Shown: positions 54,391 through 63,828, counted from the first letter of the stretch. The stretch: DNA of 64,000 nucleotides from Nanobdellota archaeon (GCA_030647125.1 JAUSKC010000013.1:2249-66248); one strand, 5' to 3'. Notes: generated from the letters alone by a model not told the origin. Program-made: numbers and translations.

Positions 54391-57300
54391 CTAAACTATT
54401 TGGGTAACCGAATTCGTTGCACTAGAACTATACTCATTATAATACTTAATAACATTAGGGACATGAGTACTTTTTGCACGGATTAACTTTTCTTCCTTAA
54501 CCTTCCCATTTAAATTTTGTACACATTGATCATAATTAATAAAAGTTCCACCAACTTTACAATTACTAACAACAACAGAAGGACCGACATTGTAAGCTAA
54601 AGCCAAAATTCTTGGATTAGTTATTTGATAATTACTCCTTAAACAAGAAACATAACAAGTTCCAACTAAAATATTTCTCCTGTTAGCAATTCCATTAATA
54701 TCAGTCGTACTAGCAAATTGTGAAAGCAATTGCGCTCTGCTCGTAGACAAAGTAGAATAACCTATATTACTCAAATCAGCCGAACATGAAGGAACACAAA
54801 TCCCATCGATAGAATGAGTATTAAGATTAACAAAATCACTTAACATGCCATCTTCTTTTGCAGGAGTCAACTGCATTAAACCGATATCAGGAGTGCTTGC
54901 TGGATTCCAATCACTCTCTTGTGTTATTAAGGCCCTCACAAAATTTGCATTAACATTATATTTACCAGTTACTTCAATAACATAACTTGTCAAAGCGCTT
55001 TCAACATCACTATTGCTCGTAGAAATACGAACATTCTGACTATCAGAACTTAAAACATCATAATTTAAATTAATGCTATCAAAACTTGAAGTAGTTGCAG
55101 TTACTCCTCCACTAGTTCCTGTTTCAGTCGTCGTTCCGCTCGTCTGCGAATTAACAATCATATCAACAACTCCAAGCAAATCAGAATTTGTAACACTTGA
55201 ACTAAAAGTATTAGAAGTAACAGGAATATCTTTCAAATTCTCCCCATCATCAACTTTCCAGACCCCATCATAATAAAAATGATAACTTGTTGAACCGGAA
55301 GTCGCGCTAAAATAAAAGTCCCCTATGCCCAAACTTTGCGAACTTACAATTATATTTGCAATAGATTGTTTATTTTCATTAGTTAAACCAACAAAAGGAT
55401 CAGAAAATGTTCCACTTCCCGTAGTCGACACACCGCCGCCAACTTGATTTGTACTTAGTATGGTCTGTTGTGAAATAGCTTTATTATTTTCATCCTCAAA
55501 ATCCTGCGTCGCCAAAATTCCATAAGCTACTGCTCTCAAGAACAATATCTGTACCTTATTTGTATCCAACAACGATTGAGAAATTAAATTCTCAGTAATG
55601 TAACTTATTTTTTCAGCCGGACTCATTGCATTAATTTTATTCAATTCCATGTTTATATCAAATGAACTCGTCTGACCCAAAGCATTTATAACACTCGAAG
55701 ATAAACCTTGCAATGTATCGTTCTCAATTCCTATTCCTTTAATTGCTTGCTTAACGCTTTGCGTATCAATATAACAATTTAATCCTGCCGTCCCGCAACT
55801 TCCAACTTGAACCCAACGAGCATTTGCCCCTCCATCCAAAGGATCAGTTCCTTTTCCTGGGCTTGAAGTAGAACACACACGAACAATTCCTTGATTGTAC
55901 AATTGCGGATTCAAAACTTGATTCGCGCCTTCTTGAACATTTGGCTGAACTAAACTATAAACACTCGGCGTTCCTGAAACACACTCTTGTTCAGTTTTTA
56001 CTGTCTGCGTCGCTTGCTCTTTCAAATACTGATCATTCAAATAATTCAAAGCAAATGAAGTTGTAACTTTTTGGAAGCCGCAATCATCTTTTCCGTTGAC
56101 AGAAATACACATCTGTTGATATCCTGTCGGAGCAAGAATATCTTTTGTTTCTGATGCCGAGCCGCCACGTTTAATATAACCAGAATCAACAACTAAAAGT
56201 TGATTTGTCTGGTAATAAGAGCTTCCAACTGGCGCCTTCAAGTAAACTTGGAAATAAGCACCTTGATCATTTCCAGAATAAATATGATAAAAGACCTTAT
56301 ACTGCGAAGTTGAAGGCACTGTAGCCGTTGTGTAAGGAATTTCGCTGAACCATCCTTGATATTGATTTGGTGAATCAGGAGCAAGCAAGTTATCTAAGAA
56401 TTTTCCACTATTAGGGTAATTTGCCGACGCGAACGCCTTACAAACTGTGCTTCCAACTTCATTTGTCGACCTAGCTTGGAACGCCTTATACGATTGAGCT
56501 CCATAATAATTAACCATATAATCAATTGAATTCTGCGCATTTGTCCAAGCACTTTGAATTCCTAAATATTCTCCACCGCCATGCGACGTCTTTCCTGAAA
56601 CAACTTCCAAAAGTTTCGGAACTAAAAGATTTGCAACTGGAATTGATTGTCTCCACAAAAATTCACACATATAAATACTATTAATCTCGTCACAAATTCC
56701 AACAGTTCTCCCAGTATCTAAATTATCTTGCAAACACATTTGATAATCTTTCATTACAGAAATTAAATCATCAACTCCTGCTTTAACTCCAGTTAAACAA
56801 ATAGGAACTTTAACTTCCGGGAAATTAGGCAAGCAAAGAGCGACACTTCCTATAATTCCGGATTGAATAACATTATCAACATGGTACGAACCACCTAAAT
56901 CACATCTTGAAGATGGACAAATTACCGGGTCGCAAACATTAAATAATAAATTACAATTTGCAGGACTCATGAAATCAGTGCATTCAATATCCGGAACATT
57001 TGTAGCTGGATTTCCAACTTTAATTGTCTGTCCGTTAATAACAACTTGAGTTACTCCTGCCTTGTATTGTCTGCTAGCTTGAGTAATTGCATTTATCGCT
57101 TGCCTTACTAAACTTTGAGTTTGCCCTTCAGTAAGCCCTGGGAAAGATCCGTAAATCGCTCCAGTTCCAGGATTAAATTCTGTGCAAGTGTCATCGCCAA
57201 ATCCTGAATCAGCTTGTGCTCTCCCATTAGCACCAACATTACAAAGCAAGAAACTTGCAGGAGCTCCTGATTGATCATACGTCGCTGTAGCTCCTCCAAC

Positions 57301-60300
57301 ACCAGCAATGTTAGCCAAAGCGCCAGGCAAAGTCTGTTTAGTATAAGTATACCACCCATTGCTCAAATCAAATGGAACTTGTGCAGGCATTCCTTTGTAA
57401 GGTGCTGTTTCAAAATACTTTACTTGTGCATCAATAAATTTATTATTATAACTTGAACTATCATACTTTACAAAAACAGGATATCTTGATTTCACAAGCT
57501 TAGTATTTTCATCGCTTGCAGCTCCGCCAGCTAAATCATAAACATTATCTGGAACATAATTTCCATTCCCAGCATCCTTCAAACTGACAATATATTCTCC
57601 ACTACTTACAATGGCTCCTGCAACAGGCGTTCCAGAAATTATTCCATAACTATTCGCTCCTGCAACTGCTCCATTATAAACTCCTGGCTTCAAATCTTTA
57701 TCCACAAAAACATTAAAGTTAAGTCCGTTTATTCCTTTGCCCGCAGCTTCACTTACACTATTTGTTATCTTTGTATATGTCTCGCTTCGTGTCTGAATTG
57801 TTTTTAACGTCGAATACAAATTCGCTTTGGCAATTTGTTCTAATTCAGGACTAGGATTGTTTGCCAAAACCGCATTCCACGTCGATATATCTCGAGCTTC
57901 GCTTAACTGAACTTGCCCATCACTATACCCTTTTTGTGTAAAAACACTTTTTACTTCGGCAACATCAATATTATTATTTTGATTATTAGGATCTGTAATA
58001 ACTGCAGGCAAACCACTTGCAATTTGTTGTAATTGTGTTCCTGCATTGCTGTCAGTTACAGGATTTTTACTATACTCTGTAATAATTTGGCTTAATTTAT
58101 CAACATCAGTATTTATCTCGTCATTATTTTCAAGCAGACACGTGCTTACACTAGAATATTTTTTCTGGCTGAATAATTGTTGACATTTAGAATTCCATCC
58201 TCCAGGCCCAGTCATCACGTTTTGTCTAGCAATTGCTTTTCCTCCAGTATTGCTTATGAAATTTGAAACTGTCAAGAAAGCCCCCGTCGTCAAACACGCT
58301 GCCTTAAACCCTGTAACAACTGTTCCAAGATTCTTAGAAATTCCTTCCCATTTGGCAATGCTTTGATTCAAATTATTAATTTTAGATTGAATCTGATCCG
58401 GCGCAAGTTGAATTGCCCGCTTTTCAATTCCAAGTTTAAAACTAAAATTCGCTTGTGAATTAACATTATTTATTTCAGGAATTAAAGATACCTTTGCAAC
58501 TTTATGCAGATTAATTCCTGTTAAAATAATTGTTTTATCCCCAACAGCAACGGCTTTGTTCTTTTGAAGAATAAGATTCTGATTAGACGCAAATCCTGCT
58601 TTATCATCTTTTATAGTTGAAACAGCCTTAACACTTACAGTCGCCGTATTATCATCTAAATTAACTAACTGAATAAATTCGCCGCTGGAAGAATCTTCAT
58701 GCTTTTGTTCCTTTCCAAGTTGCACACTTTCACTCCCAAACAATATATTCGCGCTGTAATCATTCGGCGACGGCTCAACAACATCATTTAATCCAATTGT
58801 CGTAGCAACTCCATTAATCAATAATGTTTTTGAACTTGCTGCCCCATTTGACAAAGCTAAAGTGTCTCCGCACTGATTTTGAACTTGAACTAATAAAGGC
58901 GATGTTGAATAAAGTTGCACGAAACGTCCGCAAAGTTCAGTTGCTTTAGAATATTCATGAACTCCAAATGCAAGTTTTATTGCAGCAAACAAAGAACTCT
59001 CTCCATAAGTTACTCCTCCATTATTTACACTTCCATAAGAACTGACTATTCTATTATAATCACTCAATGCCTTAAAAAAATTGCTTCCTTGCTTATTGCT
59101 GAAATCAAATTTATTAACTCCAGTAGAATATCCCACAACTTTTAAATCACTTCCAAAAACACTCGTCGATAATTTAATCTTTGGATCAACTGTCTGCGCC
59201 GCTCCAAAAGGAACAACTTCTCCTCCCAATATACTAAAAGAAGAAATATCTCCTGCTCTAAATTTAGAATTAATTGTATTTGTAATTGTGCTTAAAGTTG
59301 AGGCCTCTAAATTTGAATTTGTTGTCTCATAAAGATAAACATACAAATCACCTGTGTTCATAGAATCAAGATTTGGTTTTCCACTAGCATCCTTTGAATA
59401 AGAACCAGTATAAACTAAATATGCATTCTGGCCATTTATAGAATGAACTAACTCGCCAACATTCTTCACAATAGGATTGCCCCCTACATCAAGTTTCACC
59501 GACGGACTTGTTATCAAATCAAAACTCTGACTTCCACTATCAGTTGTACATCTTACACTTACTCTCTTATTCAACCCTTGTTTTAGGACATTATAGGCCT
59601 GGCATCTATTTTCTGCAAAACTTTGTCCTTCTGACAAATCAAATACATTTCCATTGATTTCTACTTTTGCAATTGTGCCCGGATTTTGTATATCATCTAA
59701 ATGAACTCTCATATAAGCATTACAATAAAATCCTGGAATTGCAATCTGGCCAGAACTTGCTCCCTTTTGCAAAGTCACACTATAAGTTCTTTGTGTCTTA
59801 TCAGCATAAACAGAAATTGTCGCGTCGTTATTTGTAACATCATTCACTCTCAAATATCCTCTCCCATTCCAAAATCCATACCCAACAAAATTATTATTCC
59901 AATCACTTTCACTTAAAACCGGAAGAACGTATTGTGATTGACCTATGCCAAACGCTTTTTGAATATCATAACGAATCGTCGCTGTCAAGTTTCCTTCGAC
60001 AAAATCTGGCATTGCAGATTCATTTTGTTGTTGTTTCAAAACAATAACTGCATAACCAACATTGCTCAAAACAGGAGAATTTAATAAAGTCCCGCTTGAA
60101 TACGACAAAGCAGCCCTTGCAGGATAAAATCCTATTCCTGAAATAGCAGCCGGCCTTTGTGTTCCTGAAGAAAAACCAATATCCATATGCTCAATTGCCT
60201 TAACGTCAATTAATGGATTTATTTTAGTTGCAACTATCGGACAAAAAACAGGAACATTTTCTTCTTCTAGCAAATCGCTTCTTACCACCATTGGTGTACA

Positions 60301-60510
60301 TCCAAGTGGAGCAATCTGCAAAATAAAATCAGCCCCATTAGCATCACACCTTATATTTGAATACTGCCCGACATTTAATCCTTGAGAATTCAAATAATTA
60401 AAAGCATCCGGCTGAGAATACTGAACATAAGAGCTTGTATAACCAGAAACAAAATTAAATAATAAAATCCCATATAAAAAAATTGTTAAAAAGATAAATT
60501 TTTTATTCAT
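54391..60510 (-). CDS. giant secreted Cys-rich protein (2039 aa) with C-terminal lytic transglycosylase (SLT) domain
   Basis: Sec-type signal MNKKFIFLTIFLYGILLFNFVSG. Uninterrupted 6.1-kb ORF. The C-terminus carries ITQESDW (Glu codon 54916-54918), IGLMQL and LALAYNVGP, which are SLT motifs I-III. Confidence 0.85.
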   Translation of the reverse strand: MNKKFIFLTIFLYGILLFNFVSGYTSSYVQYSQPDAFNYLNSQGLNVGQYSNIRCDANGADFILQIAPLGCTPMVVRSDLLEEENVPVFCPIVATKINPLIDVKAIEHMDIGFSSGTQRPAAISGIGFYPARAALSYSSGTLLNSPVLSNVGYAVIVLKQQQNESAMPDFVEGNLTATIRYDIQKAFGIGQSQYVLPVLSESDWNNNFVGYGFWNGRGYLRVNDVTNNDATISVYADKTQRTYSVTLQKGASSGQIAIPGFYCNAYMRVHLDDIQNPGTIAKVEINGNVFDLSEGQSFAENRCQAYNVLKQGLNKRVSVRCTTDSGSQSFDLITSPSVKLDVGGNPIVKNVGELVHSINGQNAYLVYTGSYSKDASGKPNLDSMNTGDLYVYLYETTNSNLEASTLSTITNTINSKFRAGDISSFSILGGEVVPFGAAQTVDPKIKLSTSVFGSDLKVVGYSTGVNKFDFSNKQGSNFFKALSDYNRIVSSYGSVNNGGVTYGESSLFAAIKLAFGVHEYSKATELCGRFVQLYSTSPLLVQVQNQCGDTLALSNGAASSKTLLINGVATTIGLNDVVEPSPNDYSANILFGSESVQLGKEQKHEDSSSGEFIQLVNLDDNTATVSVKAVSTIKDDKAGFASNQNLILQKNKAVAVGDKTIILTGINLHKVAKVSLIPEINNVNSQANFSFKLGIEKRAIQLAPDQIQSKINNLNQSIAKWEGISKNLGTVVTGFKAACLTTGAFLTVSNFISNTGGKAIARQNVMTGPGGWNSKCQQLFSQKKYSSVSTCLLENNDEINTDVDKLSQIITEYSKNPVTDSNAGTQLQQIASGLPAVITDPNNQNNNIDVAEVKSVFTQKGYSDGQVQLSEARDISTWNAVLANNPSPELEQIAKANLYSTLKTIQTRSETYTKITNSVSEAAGKGINGLNFNVFVDKDLKPGVYNGAVAGANSYGIISGTPVAGAIVSSGEYIVSLKDAGNGNYVPDNVYDLAGGAASDENTKLVKSRYPVFVKYDSSSYNNKFIDAQVKYFETAPYKGMPAQVPFDLSNGWYTYTKQTLPGALANIAGVGGATATYDQSGAPASFLLCNVGANGRAQADSGFGDDTCTEFNPGTGAIYGSFPGLTEGQTQSLVRQAINAITQASRQYKAGVTQVVINGQTIKVGNPATNVPDIECTDFMSPANCNLLFNVCDPVICPSSRCDLGGSYHVDNVIQSGIIGSVALCLPNFPEVKVPICLTGVKAGVDDLISVMKDYQMCLQDNLDTGRTVGICDEINSIYMCEFLWRQSIPVANLLVPKLLEVVSGKTSHGGGEYLGIQSAWTNAQNSIDYMVNYYGAQSYKAFQARSTNEVGSTVCKAFASANYPNSGKFLDNLLAPDSPNQYQGWFSEIPYTTATVPSTSQYKVFYHIYSGNDQGAYFQVYLKAPVGSSYYQTNQLLVVDSGYIKRGGSASETKDILAPTGYQQMCISVNGKDDCGFQKVTTSFALNYLNDQYLKEQATQTVKTEQECVSGTPSVYSLVQPNVQEGANQVLNPQLYNQGIVRVCSTSSPGKGTDPLDGGANARWVQVGSCGTAGLNCYIDTQSVKQAIKGIGIENDTLQGLSSSVINALGQTSSFDINMELNKINAMSPAEKISYITENLISQSLLDTNKVQILFLRAVAYGILATQDFEDENNKAISQQTILSTNQVGGGVSTTGSGTFSDPFVGLTNENKQSIANIIVSSQSLGIGDFYFSATSGSTSYHFYYDGVWKVDDGENLKDIPVTSNTFSSSVTNSDLLGVVDMIVNSQTSGTTTETGTSGGVTATTSSFDSINLNYDVLSSDSQNVRISTSNSDVESALTSYVIEVTGKYNVNANFVRALITQESDWNPASTPDIGLMQLTPAKEDGMLSDFVNLNTHSIDGICVPSCSADLSNIGYSTLSTSRAQLLSQFASTTDINGIANRRNILVGTCYVSCLRSNYQITNPRILALAYNVGPSVVVSNCKVGGTFINYDQCVQNLNGKVKEEKLIRAKSTHVPNVIKYYNEYSSSATNSVTQIV

Positions 60511-62387
60511 TGAAACTCAACCCCCAATCCATTGTTATCATATAAAATATAATTTTCTTGTAACCGCTCAATGCTATTTGGTACAGGAAGTGAACTTGCA
60601 CTTATAACAATTTTATCTGAGTCCTGCAATTCAGATTGTGAAACGTAATAATCTTGCTTTCCTCCTCCAGATAAAACATTCGTTAAACTTTGCTCCGGAT
60701 AATTGATATCAAAACATTTTTCTTGTGTAAATCCAAACAAGCCTCCAACTCCCGACGCTGGAACATCAACACACTGCTGCTGCGTGCTTTCAGGAATAGA
60801 CATGCTTGAATTTTGATAAATAACCACTTGAATATTATACTGCCCTTCACTCAACTCAACACTGTTCTGTCTAGGGAAAACTGCAGTCACTGCACTTCCA
60901 TTTTCTTTATTGAAAGAAATAATTGCATCTCCTCCATAATCCTTTCCATCAACTTTTAATTCCAAATTCTTGCTATACAACTTGCTTAAAACAATATCAA
61001 CTTGGCCTGATTGTGCCTGCGTTACCACATACGTTCCATCTTCATAACCATCGGTCTGCGCAACAACTTTTCCATTAACACATTGAGGAATCTTTCCGTC
61101 CAAATGCCCCCCTTTTGTCTGTCCTATATCACATTGAGTTCCAAAACATTCGAACGAAACATTTGCATCAACCTTATTCAAATTGCTATCATAAACATTT
61201 ACTCCAACATTTGAGTTTGCATACTCGCACAACGAAGTGTCCGTCCCTACTGCTACCGCCCCTACTAAAGATTTCCGAGGATGATTTCCTTGAATTACAA
61301 CTGCAATAGGAAACTGGAAAATAGCGCCGGTAGGATCGTCATAAATCTGAACTAAGACAGGATATTTAACATCATAAACAAAATGGTACGGAACATAACA
61401 AAAGCCCAAAGCCCCCAAACCTTGTTGATTTCCAACCGGATCCGCTTGAAGAACATTCCCATTAGAAGGACTAACTTCGTAAACATGAGGCCAATTCTTA
61501 GACGTTAAGAATTTAACATTTGTATTCGTTCCCAAATCCTCAACAAAATACTGATCTTTCTTACTATTCAAACTATAATCTCCTCCCTTAACTTTAATTG
61601 CTACAATGTTCGCATCAAGTCCGTTTCCTAAATTTTCTAAGACGTCCTCTGCAATCCATGTTTTAGGTGCGCACTGAATTTCAACTCCATCTACCGGAGC
61701 ATAAAGTCTCAAAATATCCAAAGTTCTATTTTCTAAAAATAAATATTTCTGCTCATTGTTATAGACCTTTAATGCATCCGAATACATACTTCCAATGTTT
61801 GAATTAATTGAAATTTTATGGTTTCTTACAAGAACACTTTCATTCCCTTTTCTAATCACTAAATCCATTACCATATCAATTTGAACTTTGCTATCAGAAA
61901 TACTAACATCCGCTTTGGGCTTAGACATATTAATAACCAAACCATCACTATAAAATTCAGAAAAATCACAACTTCTAGCTCGTGCTTCAATAAATTTTGA
62001 TAAATCATTTTCCATACTTGTCATTGAAGGAACTTGTTGTTTCTCAACTCCATTACCTGAAACGTAATACCAATAAGGAATAGGGTTGCCAAGAAAATCC
62101 AACTGCGATGAAAAAGGCGAGAAGCGTGAGCCCGGATAAAATTGAGGCATATAAATATAACCGCCTTGACTTCCAAGAACATTAATTCCTGTCTTCAAAT
62201 CATTTTGCAAACAATTTTGGAAATTAGTGTAGGCAGGTTGCAAATCAGAAGGAATATTGTTGTTACTTACATCAGCAAAAAAAACAAAATACGCTATTAC
62301 GCCAGCAACAATAACTATTCCAAGAATAATAAATATTGTCGCCTGCGCCCTGTTATTTCTAGCAAAATCTCTCCCCTTTTCGAACAT
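60507..62387 (-). CDS. 626-aa surface protein with class III (type IV pilin-like) signal peptide
   Basis: The N-terminus ...ARNNRAQATIFIILGIVIVAGVIAYFVFF fits the [KR][GA]|Q + hydrophobic pattern. The remainder is beta-rich and Cys-containing. ATGA overlap with the giant gene. Confidence 0.75.
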   Translation of the reverse strand: MFEKGRDFARNNRAQATIFIILGIVIVAGVIAYFVFFADVSNNNIPSDLQPAYTNFQNCLQNDLKTGINVLGSQGGYIYMPQFYPGSRFSPFSSQLDFLGNPIPYWYYVSGNGVEKQQVPSMTSMENDLSKFIEARARSCDFSEFYSDGLVINMSKPKADVSISDSKVQIDMVMDLVIRKGNESVLVRNHKISINSNIGSMYSDALKVYNNEQKYLFLENRTLDILRLYAPVDGVEIQCAPKTWIAEDVLENLGNGLDANIVAIKVKGGDYSLNSKKDQYFVEDLGTNTNVKFLTSKNWPHVYEVSPSNGNVLQADPVGNQQGLGALGFCYVPYHFVYDVKYPVLVQIYDDPTGAIFQFPIAVVIQGNHPRKSLVGAVAVGTDTSLCEYANSNVGVNVYDSNLNKVDANVSFECFGTQCDIGQTKGGHLDGKIPQCVNGKVVAQTDGYEDGTYVVTQAQSGQVDIVLSKLYSKNLELKVDGKDYGGDAIISFNKENGSAVTAVFPRQNSVELSEGQYNIQVVIYQNSSMSIPESTQQQCVDVPASGVGGLFGFTQEKCFDINYPEQSLTNVLSGGGKQDYYVSQSELQDSDKIVISASSLPVPNSIERLQENYILYDNNGLGVEFQ

Positions 62388-62428
62388 AATTAAAATATGA
62401 AAATTACTTATATAAACATTATGATAAA

Positions 62429-62500
62429 TGGCCCTGCGCGGAATTGAACCGCGGTCTCATCCACGTCAAGGATGCGTCTTAGCCGTTGGACTACAAGGCC
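62429..62500 (-). tRNA. tRNA-Val (GAC)
   Basis: Reverse complement GGCCTTGTAGTCCAACGGCTAAGACGCATCCTTGACGTGGATGAGACCGCGGTTCAATTCCGCGCAGGGCCA. Anticodon loop TTGACGT. Confidence 0.85.
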
Positions 62501-62594
62501 ATAAAATTAATTATAAAAACAATTCATAAATCTTTCTTTTATCATTAAAGATTTTACCAATTAACTTTAAAAACCCATCCCATCTATTAAAAAA

Positions 62595-62912
62595 ATGAAA
62601 CTACCGAAACAAGTAATGCGTTTCAATCCATACTTAAGAAAGAGAACTTTGCATAAAATAAAGATAGTTAGCACAGGAAATAAAAGAGGAACTTTAACAC
62701 GTGGTTCGATTAATCGTGCAAAATTAAGGGGCCTTGGAAGAGGGATAGGAAATAAAGGAAAATGGGGTTCAAAACCTGCTGTCTCTAAATTCAAAAGAAA
62801 AGCAAAGACAACAAAAACAATGAACATAATGTATACTTGTATTGAATCTGGAAAATCACACTATAGAAAATCAAGGAGAAATCAAAGAACTGGTAAAATC
62901 CAGCAAGAATAA
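62595..62912 (+). CDS. very basic 105-aa protein, weakly ribosomal-protein-L34e-like at its N-terminus
   Basis: TATA-like TTTAAAAA about 25 nt upstream of the ATG. PYLRKRTLHKIKIVSTGN loosely parallels RYRSRSLRRVYRKTPGG of eL34, but the Cys ligands are absent. Competing antisense ORFs exist. Confidence 0.35.
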   Translation: MKLPKQVMRFNPYLRKRTLHKIKIVSTGNKRGTLTRGSINRAKLRGLGRGIGNKGKWGSKPAVSKFKRKAKTTKTMNIMYTCIESGKSHYRKSRRNQRTGKIQQE

Positions 62913-62958
62913 AGATGAAAAATCAAATTCAATTAAATAAAGTTGGTAGTAGAAACTT

Positions 62959-63034
62959 GCGATTTCACCAGAGGCAATTAGAAATCGCCGTTCAGTGCTT
63001 TGAGGAAGTTCAAAAGAAACCAGCGGGTGTCTTT
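62959..63034 (+). promoter_or_regulatory. hairpin with conserved loop plus 42-nt conserved extension (module copy 2)
   Basis: Stem GCGATTT/AAATCGC (62959-65 / 62982-88), loop CACCAGAGGCAATTAG. The extension ends 3 nt before ATG 63038 of rps3ae. Confidence 0.65.
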
Positions 63035-63037
63035 TAA

Positions 63038-63574
63038 ATGGCTCAAGCAAAAAAGAAAAAAAAGTTTTTTGAAGTTGAAATTCCTTTGATAGGCAAAGTA
63101 ACACAGCTTCTCGCTTATGAAATGTCTGAATTAAACGGACGAATAATTAATTATGACTTAACCAGACAACTGCGTGGAAAAAGCATGGTCTTGCAATTAA
63201 AAGTTTCCGCAGACGATAAAAAAGCAACAACAACTCCAACAAAAGCGCAAGTTCTACCATACTTTTTAAGAAGGATGATGAGAAAAGGAACAAATTACAT
63301 TGAGGACTCATTTTCAACTAATACCTCCGACGCTAAAGTAACAATAAAGCCATTCTTAATAACAAGAAGAAAGGTCTCACGGGCTGTAAGAAAAGCTCTT
63401 AGAGAAAAAGCCCGAGCAGAATTAATAAGCTATTCTCAAGCACATTCCTCTGAAGAAATATTTAAAGACCTTTTATCAAACAAAATTCAAAAGGAATTGT
63501 CTTTGGTTTTAAAAAAGATTTATCCTTTGTCTCTTTGCGAAATAAGGGTTTTCAAGATAGAAAAAGCGGAATAA
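63038..63574 (+). CDS. rps3ae: ribosomal protein S3Ae (eS1)
   Basis: KKKKKFFEVEIPLIG...LNGRIINYDLTRQLRGKSMVLQLKV pattern of eS1. Confidence 0.85.
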   Translation: MAQAKKKKKFFEVEIPLIGKVTQLLAYEMSELNGRIINYDLTRQLRGKSMVLQLKVSADDKKATTTPTKAQVLPYFLRRMMRKGTNYIEDSFSTNTSDAKVTIKPFLITRRKVSRAVRKALREKARAELISYSQAHSSEEIFKDLLSNKIQKELSLVLKKIYPLSLCEIRVFKIEKAE

Positions 63575-63618
63575 AAACTCTTTTAAACCATTTAATTCTA
63601 AAACAAATATATCAAGAT

Positions 63619-63649
63619 GAGTTTCCAACGGAGGCAATGAAAGAAACTC
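63619..63649 (+). promoter_or_regulatory. hairpin with conserved loop (copy 3, no extension)
   Basis: Stem GAGTTTC/GAAACTC (63619-25 / 63643-49), loop CAACGGAGGCAATGAAA. 45 nt after the rps3ae stop and 47 nt before tRNA-Thr. Confidence 0.6.
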
Positions 63650-63695
63650 TTTCCGCGCCAAAAAGGAAAATCGAAAAAAATCTTGGTTGTTTTCA

Positions 63696-63767
63696 GCCTG
63701 CATAGCTCAGTGATAGAGCAACGCACTTGTAATGCGTAGGTCGGGGGTTTAAATCCCTCTGCAGGCT
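63696..63767 (+). tRNA. tRNA-Thr (TGT)
   Basis: Acceptor GCCTGCA/TGCAGGC, anticodon arm ACGCA-CTTGTAA-TGCGT, T-loop TTTAAAT. Confidence 0.85.
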
Positions 63768-63812
63768 TTGAACGAAGTGAGAAGCATGTAGTTAGCCAAA
63801 ACTTGTTTTGTG

Positions 63813-63828
63813 CCTCTGCAGGCTTTGA
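63813..63828 (+). repeat. orphan duplicate of the tRNA-Thr 3' end
   Basis: CCTCTGCAGGCTTTGA is identical to 63756-63771 (last 12 nt of the tRNA plus 4 nt of trailer), 57 nt downstream. Confidence 0.8.
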
